Shown here in pieces: positions 56,515 through 64,000 of a DNA stretch of 64,000 bases. The notes below the pieces were generated by a model that was given only the letters and a program-made list of their open reading frames with translations, did no database searches and was not told the origin of the DNA. A program made the position numbers and the translations under genes. Origin of the DNA: Acidobacteriota bacterium (GTDB lineage: Bacteria > Acidobacteriota > Vicinamibacteria > Vicinamibacterales > 2-12-FULL-66-21); assembly GCA_046732715.1 (NCBI GenBank), contig JBKPNQ010000080.1, forward strand, positions 26 through 64,025, read 5' to 3'. Every line of letters starts with the position of its first letter. Within the stretch, counting starts at the first letter, position 1.

Positions 56515-56686
56515 GGGTGTCTGTCCTTCAGCGGGCTTGCGCGTCAGGGTCGCGCTGCCCGGGAGGACACATGAGGCAAGAGCCGCGCCGCAGCCGCTCA
56601 CCCTGTGCGGCACGACTCAAGCCGCTGAGCACGCGTCACTTCTGGCTGATTGAAAAGGTGTGAAGCGGCGCTCGTGTTGCACGATT

Positions 56687-56716
56687 GAAACACGAAGATG
56701 TTTCGTCGGTGAAACA
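56687..56716. promoter_or_regulatory. Interlocked palindromes GAAACA-N6-TGTTTC-N6-GAAACA (candidate activator binding site)
   Basis: gaaaca 56687-92, tgtttc 56699-704, gaaaca 56711-16; 170-200 nt upstream of the hybrid kinase start. Confidence 0.4.
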
Positions 56717-56720
56717 TGAC

Positions 56721-56783
56721 TCGCAATTCGCAATTCGCGGTTCGCAATTCGCGGTTCGCAATTCGCGGCCCGCAATTCGCGTT
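56721..56783. repeat. Heptad array family D (TCGCAAT/TCGCGGT), 9 heptads with 14-nt super-period
   Basis: tcgcaat tcgcaat tcgcggt tcgcaat tcgcggt tcgcaat tcgcggc ccgcaat tcgcgtt. Confidence 0.92.
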
Positions 56784-56804
56784 CAAAGCGGGGAGCTGGA
56801 AGCT

Positions 56805-58151
56805 TTACGGATTTGGAATCCCGTACTTCTTCATCAGCCGCCACATCGTCGTGCGGCTGATCTGGAGCTCACGGGCAGCCGCACCGATTTCGCCGGCATG
56901 CCGTGCGAGGGTGGAAACGATCGTCTCCCGATCGGCGCGTTCGCGCGCCGCGGCAACGGTGCTTTCGCGCGGTTGCGCGACCGGCGGCGGCGCGACGACC
57001 TCGTCAGGCAAGTCATCGGGGCCAAGCTCGGGGCTGCGCGCAATCGCAACCGCCCGTTGAACAATGTGTTCGAGCTGACGAACATTTCCCGGGAACGAGT
57101 ACGCCGCAAGCAGGGCCCACGCCGCATCGCCGCACCGCTCGACGCCGCTCGCCGCGCCGTACTTCGTCACGAAATGATCGACGAGAAGACGCAGATCGCC
57201 GGCGCGGTCGCGCAGGGGCGGCATGTGGATCCGATGGACGTTGAGGCGGTAGTACAAGTCGCTGCGAAACTCACCCACGTCAACCGCTGTCTTTAAATCA
57301 ATGTTTGTTGCCGCGACGAAGCGCACATCAACCTTCCGCGGTTCGTTCTCACCAATCCGGCGAACCTCCCCGGCCTCGACGGCGCGCAGTAACTTGGCCT
57401 GCAGCGTCGTCGACATCGTCCCGACTTCGTCGAGGAAAAGCGTGCCGCCCGACGCGTGCTCGATCAGTCCCGGCCGCACCCCTTCTGCTCCGGTGAACGC
57501 GCCTCTGCCGTGCCCGAACAACTCGTTTTCGAGAAGTGATTCGGTCAGCGCGGCGCAATTGAAGGCGACGAAGGGCCCACCGGCGCGAGCGCTTGCCGCA
57601 TGGAGGGCGCGTGCGGCGAGTTCCTTTCCGGTCCCGGTTTCGCCGGTCACGAGCACCGTTCCCGGCGCGGGTGCCGCGCGCTGAATGAGAGCCTTCACCT
57701 GCTGCATCGGTGCGCTCTCGCCGATGAGGTGGTCCAACGGTCCGCCGGCGCGAAGGCGGCGCTGCAGCAAGTCGACCTGCCGCGCGAGCTGACGACGATC
57801 CGCGGCGGCGCGGACGCGCATCAGCAGTTCATCGCGGAAGAATGGCTTCTGGACGAAATCCACCGCGCCAAGCTTCATCGCCTCTACCGCTGTCTCGATC
57901 GTGCCAAAGCCCGTCATGATGATGAAGACGGAGTCGACGCGGTGCTCACGAAGCTTTCGCAAGACGTCAAGTCCGGAAATGCCTGGCATGCGCATGTCGG
58001 ACAGGATCACATCGAACGTACCATCGCGCGCCAGGACGAACCCGTCTTCTCCGCTCGCCGCGGAGCGCACGGTGTGGCCTCCCGAGCGCAGCATACGCTC
58101 CATGCTCTCCCGGACGGCGGTGTCGTCGTCTATGACCAGAATGCGCGGCAT
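56805..58151 (-). CDS. Sigma-54-dependent response regulator (REC + AAA+ + HTH)
   Basis: MPRILVIDDD..., [22 protein letters not shown]-terminal HTH; alternative GTG start at 58169. Confidence 0.9.
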   Translation of the reverse strand: MPRILVIDDDTAVRESMERMLRSGGHTVRSAASGEDGFVLARDGTFDVILSDMRMPGISGLDVLRKLREHRVDSVFIIMTGFGTIETAVEAMKLGAVDFVQKPFFRDELLMRVRAAADRRQLARQVDLLQRRLRAGGPLDHLIGESAPMQQVKALIQRAAPAPGTVLVTGETGTGKELAARALHAASARAGGPFVAFNCAALTESLLENELFGHGRGAFTGAEGVRPGLIEHASGGTLFLDEVGTMSTTLQAKLLRAVEAGEVRRIGENEPRKVDVRFVAATNIDLKTAVDVGEFRSDLYYRLNVHRIHMPPLRDRAGDLRLLVDHFVTKYGAASGVERCGDAAWALLAAYSFPGNVRQLEHIVQRAVAIARSPELGPDDLPDEVVAPPPVAQPRESTVAAARERADRETIVSTLARHAGEIGAAARELQISRTTMWRLMKKYGIPNP

Positions 58152-58223
58152 CAGGATTGGCGGCGCCACGGCTGGGGTTGTGGCGCGCTAAGTGTATACC
58201 GGGGTTGAACCGATAAAGCGTAC

Positions 58224-59216
58224 ATGAAAAGGTTGGCGTGTCTTTTGGCGCTTCTCATCGCCGCCCCAGCGTGGCTCATGAGCTGCTCCGCCCCGGCGAC
58301 GCGCGCGACGCTCCCTTCATCGAGGCCAGCGGCTCCTCCGACAATCCGAGTAGGCCTCCGCGACGGAAACCGGGTCACGATCCGAAAGGTGCCCTTCGAG
58401 ACGTATGTGCAGGCGGCGATCCTATCGGAGTTTGCGCCGCCGGCCGGCGATCCCGACGTTGTCGAGCACATGCTCGAGGTCCAGGCTGTTATCGGCAGGA
58501 CCTATGCCCTCGCACATCTCGGACGACATGAATCGGAAGGCTTCGACGTCTGCTCGACGACACACTGCCAGCTGTTCGAGCCGTCGCGGCTCACCAGGTC
58601 GAAGTGGGCTCCACAGTCCGCCGAAGCGGTCCGCCGAACCACCGCAACAGTCCTTTGGTTTGGCAGTTCCCCGGCCGATGCGCTTTACCACTCTGACTGC
58701 GGCGGCAGGACAAGCCGGGCTGACGATGTGTGGCGCGGATTGGGACGTCCGTACCTGGTTTCAGTCCCCGACGATGGACCCGCCGAAAAAGCGCATGCGG
58801 CTGTGTGGCGGTATGAGGCGGCCGACGCGGCCCTCATCGCCGCTCTCAACAAGGACTCGCGAACGCGCATCGGTGCTCGCCTCACCGGGATTCAGGTACT
58901 CGATCGAGATCAAACAGGCCGCGCCGAACAGATCGCGCTACACGGCTCTCAGGAACGAGTCGTCAGAGGCGAAGACCTGCGCGAGGTTCTGGGACAGAGC
59001 TTCGGCAGTCGATCGATCAAGAGCACCTGGTTTACCGTCGAGCACACCGGCGGCGCGTATCTTTTTGAAGGCCGGGGATTCGGGCACGGCGTCGGACTCT
59101 GTCAGGCGGGAGCGCTTGCCCGCATCCGCGCAGGGGCTAAATTGCCAGCCGTGCTGGACGTCTATTTTCCGGGTACCAAGCTCGTGACGCTACGCCAACC
59201 CAGGACAAACCCCTAA
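58224..59216 (+). CDS. SpoIID/LytB-domain protein (amidase enhancer family)
   Basis: 330 aa; signal peptide, YHSDCGGRT and GHGVGLCQ.GA motifs. Confidence 0.85.
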   Translation: MKRLACLLALLIAAPAWLMSCSAPATRATLPSSRPAAPPTIRVGLRDGNRVTIRKVPFETYVQAAILSEFAPPAGDPDVVEHMLEVQAVIGRTYALAHLGRHESEGFDVCSTTHCQLFEPSRLTRSKWAPQSAEAVRRTTATVLWFGSSPADALYHSDCGGRTSRADDVWRGLGRPYLVSVPDDGPAEKAHAAVWRYEAADAALIAALNKDSRTRIGARLTGIQVLDRDQTGRAEQIALHGSQERVVRGEDLREVLGQSFGSRSIKSTWFTVEHTGGAYLFEGRGFGHGVGLCQAGALARIRAGAKLPAVLDVYFPGTKLVTLRQPRTNP

Positions 59217-59405
59217 GCCTGTCCCGCCGAAGCGCCACGCGCGTAAAGACGGACGAACCGCCACGCGCGAACGCGATCCCCTGCCGTCCCTGATTTCTGC
59301 CTCACCTGTGACGGTTTCCCTCTATATAATTAGGCTTGGAGTCGCTTACACTTTCGCCCGTATCTTCACCCTCTAGTAAACGGCCCCTGGTTCGAGGCGT
59401 ATTTC

Positions 59406-60071
59406 ATGACAGGAGCTCAGGCAGCGGGCTTTAGCGGCCGCGAGGCGGACAGCGGTGCCGCGTCCGCGGTCAAGGCCCTGCAGGCCGAAGGGCGGCTCGC
59501 CGAAGCGCGCGAACGGTACGCGGAACTGGTGGCCAGGCACCAGCGCCGGGCGTCGCGAATCGCGTTTCATTACATGCGCGATGTCGCCGAGGCGGACGAG
59601 GCGGTTCAGGATGCCTTCGTCAAGGCGTATTCCCACCTCTCCTCGTTCCGTGAAGAGCTCCCGTTCGAAGTCTGGTTCACGCGCATCCTTATCAACGGGT
59701 GCCTGGATCGAATCAAGGCGCGGACTCGCCGCGAGCGGTGGATCGCGCCGATGCCGGACGGGCCGGCTGGAGAAAGGGATTTCGGTGAGCGTGTCGCCGG
59801 CAGCGACCCCTCTCCCGAAGATCAGTTGCTCGCACGCGAACGCCGTGAGCGGCTCGCTCAGGCTCTGGCAAAACTCCCCGAGCGTCAGCGCTCGGTGTTC
59901 ATGCTGAGCCACTACGAGGGATGCACGTCGCGGGAAGTAAGCGCGCTGACCGGGCTGAACGAGTCGACCGTGCGTGTGCACCTCTTCCGCGCGATTCGCA
60001 AGCTGCGAACGCTGCTGGTCGACCCGCGCGCGGGCGAGGCGAAAGTGGAGAAACGCCGTGTCCATTCTTAA
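59406..60071 (+). CDS. ECF-type RNA polymerase sigma factor
   Basis: 221 aa; region 2 (ADEAVQDAFVKAY...FEVWFTRILIN) and region 4 (REVSALTGLNESTVRVHLFRA). Confidence 0.87.
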   Translation: MTGAQAAGFSGREADSGAASAVKALQAEGRLAEARERYAELVARHQRRASRIAFHYMRDVAEADEAVQDAFVKAYSHLSSFREELPFEVWFTRILINGCLDRIKARTRRERWIAPMPDGPAGERDFGERVAGSDPSPEDQLLARERRERLAQALAKLPERQRSVFMLSHYEGCTSREVSALTGLNESTVRVHLFRAIRKLRTLLVDPRAGEAKVEKRRVHS

Positions 60072-60678
60072 TCGATTGAGGCTCAGTGCCCATCTCGACG
60101 ACGACGCGCTTGTCGCGATCTGGACCGATGAAGCGACCAGCGGCGTTCGACAGGCACATCCTCATCTCGAGAGTTGCCCGCCGTGCCGGGCTCGGTTCGT
60201 CGATCTCTCTTCCTGGCTGCAAGGCGTGCAGGTCGACGCCACTGCTGAAGCGGACGAGCACTTTTCCCCCGAGCGCCTGGCCGCCCAACACGCCCTGATC
60301 TTCCGGCGGCTCGAAGCGGCCGAGCGGCCGGCACGTGTGATCGCGTTTCCGCGTTTCGCACAGCCGCTGACGTCGCGAACCTCTCACGCCTCCCGCTGGA
60401 TCGCCGCCGCGGCAGCCGCAGGGCTCATCGTCGGGGTCGGCGTGGGGCAACTGATGGATCTTCGTCACCCGTTCACGGCCCAGCCGGCGACGACAACTCA
60501 GGCCCGTATCAGCACGGCGAGAGGTCCAATCGGACGCGATCGTTTCGTCCAGCCGGTAAGCGACACCCGCGACGAGACGTTTCTCTCGGAACTCGACGCC
60601 TCGCTCTCCCGCGCCGGTGTCCCCGAGCTTCGCGCACTCGACGCGTTCACCCCGCGCGCCGACGATCAATCCAGGTAG
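60058..60678 (+). CDS. Anti-sigma factor with zf-HC2 motif
   Basis: GTG 60058 overlaps the sigma gene's 3' end; HLESCPPC (H-x3-C-x2-C), TM WIAAAAAAGLIVGVGVG. Confidence 0.62.
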   Translation: MSILNRLRLSAHLDDDALVAIWTDEATSGVRQAHPHLESCPPCRARFVDLSSWLQGVQVDATAEADEHFSPERLAAQHALIFRRLEAAERPARVIAFPRFAQPLTSRTSHASRWIAAAAAAGLIVGVGVGQLMDLRHPFTAQPATTTQARISTARGPIGRDRFVQPVSDTRDETFLSELDASLSRAGVPELRALDAFTPRADDQSR

Positions 60679-60683
60679 GTTAG

Positions 60684-61904
60684 GTGAGCGCCCCGCAGCC
60701 CTTGATTTTTCGCAAGGGCCTCGACATGAAGGAAGCCGTCGCGGGCGAGCTCGCAGCGGCCTACGATAGCGCGCTCGTCGATCGCGTCCGCGCGAGCGAC
60801 TTCCAATTCACAAGCGGCCGCCTGATCGTCCATCTCGCCCGCGAATTCGGGTTCTGCTACGGCGTCGATCGCGCCGTGGATTATGCCTACCAGGCGCGGC
60901 GGCGGTTTCCAGGCCGGAACGTCTTTCTGACCGGCGAGATCATCCACAATCCGTACGTCAACGATCGGCTGCGGAGTGAAGGCATCCGCTTCCTGACGGA
61001 TCCGGGCGAACATGCCGACCGCCTCGGAAAAGACGACGTCGTGATTCTTCCGGCGTTTGGCGTGACCGTTCGTGAAATGGCCCGCCTGTCAAACCAGGGA
61101 TGCACGCTCGTCGACACGACCTGTGGATCGGTCTTGAACGTCTGGAAGAACGTCGTCCGCTACGCGCAGGACGGATACACCGCAATCATTCACGGAAAAG
61201 TCAAACACGAAGAGACACGGGCGACCGCATCGCAGGCACTCAAGTATCCGCAGGGCCGCTACCTTGTCGTCCTCGATCGCGTCGAGGCGGCGATTGTCTG
61301 CGACTACATCCGGCATGACGGCGATCCGGCGGCATTGCTGGAGCGATTCGCGGGAGCCTTCTCGCCCGGATTCGACCCGGACGTCGATCTCCAGCGCGTC
61401 GGGTGCGCCAATCAGACGACGATGCTGATGACGGAGTCGCTGGAAATTGGTGAGATGTTTCGGGCCGCCATGCGCGACCGCTACGGCGAGGAGGCGCTCG
61501 CGTCGCGCTTCCGCGCATTCGACACCATCTGCAGTGCGACGCAGGAACGACAGGACGCGGTGATTGCGCTGCTCGAGCACCAGACACCCGATTTGATGCT
61601 CGTGATCGGGGGCTATAACAGCAGCAACACCTGTAATCTTGCGAGAATCTGCGCGGCCAAGGTGCGGACGTATCACATCGCCGACCCCGGCTGTCTTCTG
61701 TCAGGGGACGAGATCCGCCACCGGCCGGTGGGGGCGCCGTCAACCACGTCCGGTCTCGAGGAAACGTCCCGTGGATGGCTACCGCCGACCGGCACCCTGG
61801 TCGTGGGCCTGACGGCCGGCGCCTCGACGCCCAACAACATCGTCGGTGAAGTGATTCGAAAGCTGGAAGGCTTCTGTGCTGACACACAGAAAGTTAAAAG
61901 TTAG
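60684..61904 (+). CDS. ispH: 4-hydroxy-3-methylbut-2-enyl diphosphate reductase (long form)
   Basis: 406 aa; FGFCYGVDRAV, TGEIIHNP, CATQERQDA-type Cys motifs (ICSATQERQ), GGYNSSNT; last residues KVKS and stop lie in a heptad array. Confidence 0.9.
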   Translation: MSAPQPLIFRKGLDMKEAVAGELAAAYDSALVDRVRASDFQFTSGRLIVHLAREFGFCYGVDRAVDYAYQARRRFPGRNVFLTGEIIHNPYVNDRLRSEGIRFLTDPGEHADRLGKDDVVILPAFGVTVREMARLSNQGCTLVDTTCGSVLNVWKNVVRYAQDGYTAIIHGKVKHEETRATASQALKYPQGRYLVVLDRVEAAIVCDYIRHDGDPAALLERFAGAFSPGFDPDVDLQRVGCANQTTMLMTESLEIGEMFRAAMRDRYGEEALASRFRAFDTICSATQERQDAVIALLEHQTPDLMLVIGGYNSSNTCNLARICAAKVRTYHIADPGCLLSGDEIRHRPVGAPSTTSGLEETSRGWLPPTGTLVVGLTAGASTPNNIVGEVIRKLEGFCADTQKVKS

Positions 61905-61968
61905 GAAAGAGGCTGGGGGCGATCCTGTCTTATTACTTCTAACTTCTGACTTCTAACTTTTAACTTTC
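61888..61968. repeat. Heptad array family C, asymmetric hairpin between convergent genes
   Basis: agaaagttaaaagttagg - 29 nt - acttcta acttctg acttcta actttta actttc. Confidence 0.85.
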
Positions 61969-61969
61969 A

Positions 61970-62386
61970 TCATTCGCGGTCTCTGTCCAACCGCGAAAGC
62001 TCCGGCCCTGTCGATTCCTGGAGCACGATCTTGACCTTGTGGCCGCGTTGACGGGTGAGGAATCTGAAAAGGTCGGTCCCCGGCTTGGCCACCAGGGTCG
62101 CGTTCTCGCCGAGTGAAAAATAGCCCTCTTCCTGCTCGTGGTCGGCCGACGTCACTTGCGCGGTCAAGCTGGTTTCATCGTGGGTGGATGCCCGTCCGAG
62201 GCTGAATCCGATGAACAACAGGACCAAGGTCAACCACGCCGCAACCGCAACCCGCACGACACGCTCCCGTCTGCCGGTGCACTCGCCGGCGGCTTCCTGT
62301 AGTGCAAGGACACGGCCATCCGGCATCTCCTCCTGAATCAGTGACTTAAGTATGACAAACGGAGGCAATCGGGCATGTCGGTGCAC
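61970..62386 (-). CDS. Hypothetical single-pass membrane protein
   Basis: 138-aa ORF (probable start at internal MPDGRVL); TM VAVAAWLTLVLLFIGFSL; no family recognised. Confidence 0.45.
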   Translation of the reverse strand: MHRHARLPPFVILKSLIQEEMPDGRVLALQEAAGECTGRRERVVRVAVAAWLTLVLLFIGFSLGRASTHDETSLTAQVTSADHEQEEGYFSLGENATLVAKPGTDLFRFLTRQRGHKVKIVLQESTGPELSRLDRDRE

Positions 62387-62458
62387 AATAGAGGGTAAAC
62401 GGCCTGCCGCACTGAGGCGTAATACACCGCGTAACCATCCCGGAGAAAGTCAGACAGT

Positions 62459-62995
62459 ATGGCAAGCCGAACAGCCTGGATTTTTGCAGCCGCGCTCGCG
62501 TGTGCGATGCCGGCGTCCGCCTCGTCGTTGTGCGATCAGGGTCCCGGCCAGAAGCCCGAACAGGCCGCCCGCGGAACCGACGGTCGTTCCCAGGACGGGA
62601 AGAGTGACGGACGCGGTGGAAAAGATGAGCGCCGGATGCCGTGGTGGAAAGCCCCGGAGACCCGCGCGGAACTGGGAATTACGGACAAGCAATCGAAAGA
62701 CATTGACGATATTTTTCAGGCGACCTTCCCCGCCCTCAAGGCGGCAAAGGAGGATCTCGACAAGCTGGACGACGGCGTGGCGAAGCTCATCAAGGAAGGT
62801 ACAGCGGACATCGCGGTCATCAGCCAAAAGGTTGGACAAGCGGAAAACGCGCGAGCCAGCCTCACCACCCAGCGCACGGTGATGTTGTACCGGATGCACC
62901 GATTGTTGACACCCGAACAGCGCGCCAAACTGGACGCGATGTTCGCGCAGCGCGAGGCGGAACGTCGCAAAAATGATCCCAACGGCCGTCGGTAG
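62459..62995 (+). CDS. Periplasmic Spy/CpxP-family (LTXXQ) protein
   Basis: Signal peptide MASRTAWIFAAALACAMPASA; helical body with LTPEQRAKLDAMF motif. Confidence 0.65.
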   Translation: MASRTAWIFAAALACAMPASASSLCDQGPGQKPEQAARGTDGRSQDGKSDGRGGKDERRMPWWKAPETRAELGITDKQSKDIDDIFQATFPALKAAKEDLDKLDDGVAKLIKEGTADIAVISQKVGQAENARASLTTQRTVMLYRMHRLLTPEQRAKLDAMFAQREAERRKNDPNGRR

Positions 62996-63038
62996 GGCGG
63001 CATCTCTCTAGTTCGCACCACATTTCTGGAGGCTTTTC

Positions 63039-64000
63039 GTGAGGAAGACCGTACGCATGCTGGCCGCAGCCGGCTTCGTTTTCGCGTCCGCGTGGCCAGC
63101 AGCCGCGCAGGACACCAATCTCGACCGCGCCAAAGCGCTGATCGCGCAGGTGCAAGCGCAACAAGGAGGGACACAGCCTGAGACGCTGCCCAAACTTGCG
63201 CCGGTGCCGCAGACAAGCGCGCCATTCCGGACGCCCGGACCCGTCGTCGATCTCGGCATCGAGGATGCGGTGCAGAAAGCGATGGACAAGAACATCGACA
63301 TCGCGGTCGCGCGCATTACGCCTCGCCTGACGGACTTCTCGATCGCGGGCCTGGAGGCGAACTACCGGGTCAACCTGACGTCGGCGGTCAGCAACAACAG
63401 CACGACCGACCTGCCGCGCGTCACCACCCAGGGTATTTCGGAACCGACCACGAGCGCGCGCGAGGCGTGGTCGGCGGGCATCGCCCAGAACCTCTGGAAG
63501 GGGGGCGGCAACTACAGCATCAACTGGACGAACAGCCGGTTGGCCGCTCAGAGCTCGGTCAACCTTCGCAATCCGCAGTTCCAGTCAGGGATCACCGCGA
63601 ACCTGACCCAGCCGCTGCTGCGCGGCTTCAAGATCGATGCGACCCGCGCGTCGCTGCAGACAAACCGGCTGTCGCAAAGCAACGACGAGATTACGCTGAC
63701 CGCAACGTCGGCGAGCACGGCGGCCAACGTGCGGAACGCCTACTGGGATCTCGTCTACTCGCTCGGCGCCGTCGAAGCGGCGCAGAACTCGTTGGACCTC
63801 GCGAATCGGCTCGTGCAGGACAACCAGAGCCGGGTTGAAATCGGCACGCTCGCGCCGATTGACGTGGTCTCGGCCCAGGCCGAAGCGGCGTCGCGGCGCA
63901 ACACGCTCGTGCAGTCTCAGGCGGCGGTTCGAACCGCGGAACTGGCGCTCAAGCGCCTGATCGTCAGCGGCACCGAAGATCCACTGTGGACGTCGTCGCT
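63039..64000 (+). CDS. TolC-family outer membrane efflux protein (5' partial, continues past window end)
   Basis: Not in the ORF track because it has no stop in the window; hand translation from GTG 63039 (GGAGG SD) is open to 64000: signal peptide, LGIEDAVQKAMDKNIDI, QPLLRGF, VRNAYWDL, VEIGTLAPIDVVSAQAE. Confidence 0.8.
   Translation, partial: MRKTVRMLAAAGFVFASAWPAAAQDTNLDRAKALIAQVQAQQGGTQPETLPKLAPVPQTSAPFRTPGPVVDLGIEDAVQKAMDKNIDIAVARITPRLTDFSIAGLEANYRVNLTSAVSNNSTTDLPRVTTQGISEPTTSAREAWSAGIAQNLWKGGGNYSINWTNSRLAAQSSVNLRNPQFQSGITANLTQPLLRGFKIDATRASLQTNRLSQSNDEITLTATSASTAANVRNAYWDLVYSLGAVEAAQNSLDLANRLVQDNQSRVEIGTLAPIDVVSAQAEAASRRNTLVQSQAAVRTAELALKRLIVSGTEDPLWTSS

Noticed and set aside
56609-56624. 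Candidate sigma-54 promoter cGGcttgagtcgtGCc (minus strand) upstream of the hybrid kinase
   Set aside because: Only the GG/GC dinucleotides and spacing match. The flanking positions fit TGGCAC-N5-TTGCA poorly, so it is too weak to call without TSS data.
59380-59405. tRNA-like T-arm string (ctggttcgagg) just upstream of the ECF sigma gene
   Set aside because: There is no matching acceptor stem, D-arm or anticodon arm in the flanking 80 nt. I found no tRNA-like cloverleaf in any intergenic gap.

Overview
This is a 64-kb, high-GC (roughly two-thirds G+C by eye), about 90% coding chromosomal core segment with about 62 protein genes. I found no rRNA, tRNA, CRISPR array, cas gene, integrase, transposase, phage gene or recognisable defence gene.

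Gene content is housekeeping:
- peptidoglycan recycling (mpl-ldcA-nagZ), PolX, a RodZ-like protein and thiE
- the conserved ffh-rpsP-KH-rimM-trmD-rplS-rnhB operon
- ribD-ribE-ribBA, ftsY, plsY-gpsA, thpR, cinA, pgpA, nrdR and purC
- groES-groEL behind a sigma-70-type promoter with two CIRCE operators
- two TonB-type proteins, tatA, selB, rnr, two ECF sigma/anti-sigma pairs, ftsEX, gatB and ispH
- three sigma-54 enhancer-binding response regulators, two large sensor kinases and an HD-GYP regulator

A VWA protein that I recall as the acidobacterial VWFA type, together with the overall style, suggests Acidobacteriota. That is inference only. Many maximal ORFs in the supplied track have spurious N-terminal extensions or are antisense shadow ORFs typical of high-GC DNA; I trimmed starts where overlapping stop/start codons or family N-termini justified it.

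I did not find a convincing novel multi-gene protein system. The best candidate for something undescribed is non-coding. Most intergenic spacers are filled with tandem heptanucleotide (period-7) arrays of at least seven unrelated sequence families. About half are arranged as inverted arms that form long hairpins with period-7 mismatches, and several supply stop codons and C-terminal residues to flanking genes.

Other notable points:
- a ~175-bp CT-rich dispersed/tandem element (four copies)
- -10 boxes placed exactly 7 nt from the ATG of nagZ and rnr (leaderless candidates)
- a compositionally atypical small gene with its own near-consensus promoter, whose stop overlaps a probable CTG start of glycerate kinase
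- a sensor kinase / sigma-54 activator / HD-GYP operon whose activator carries GAFAGA instead of GAFTGA
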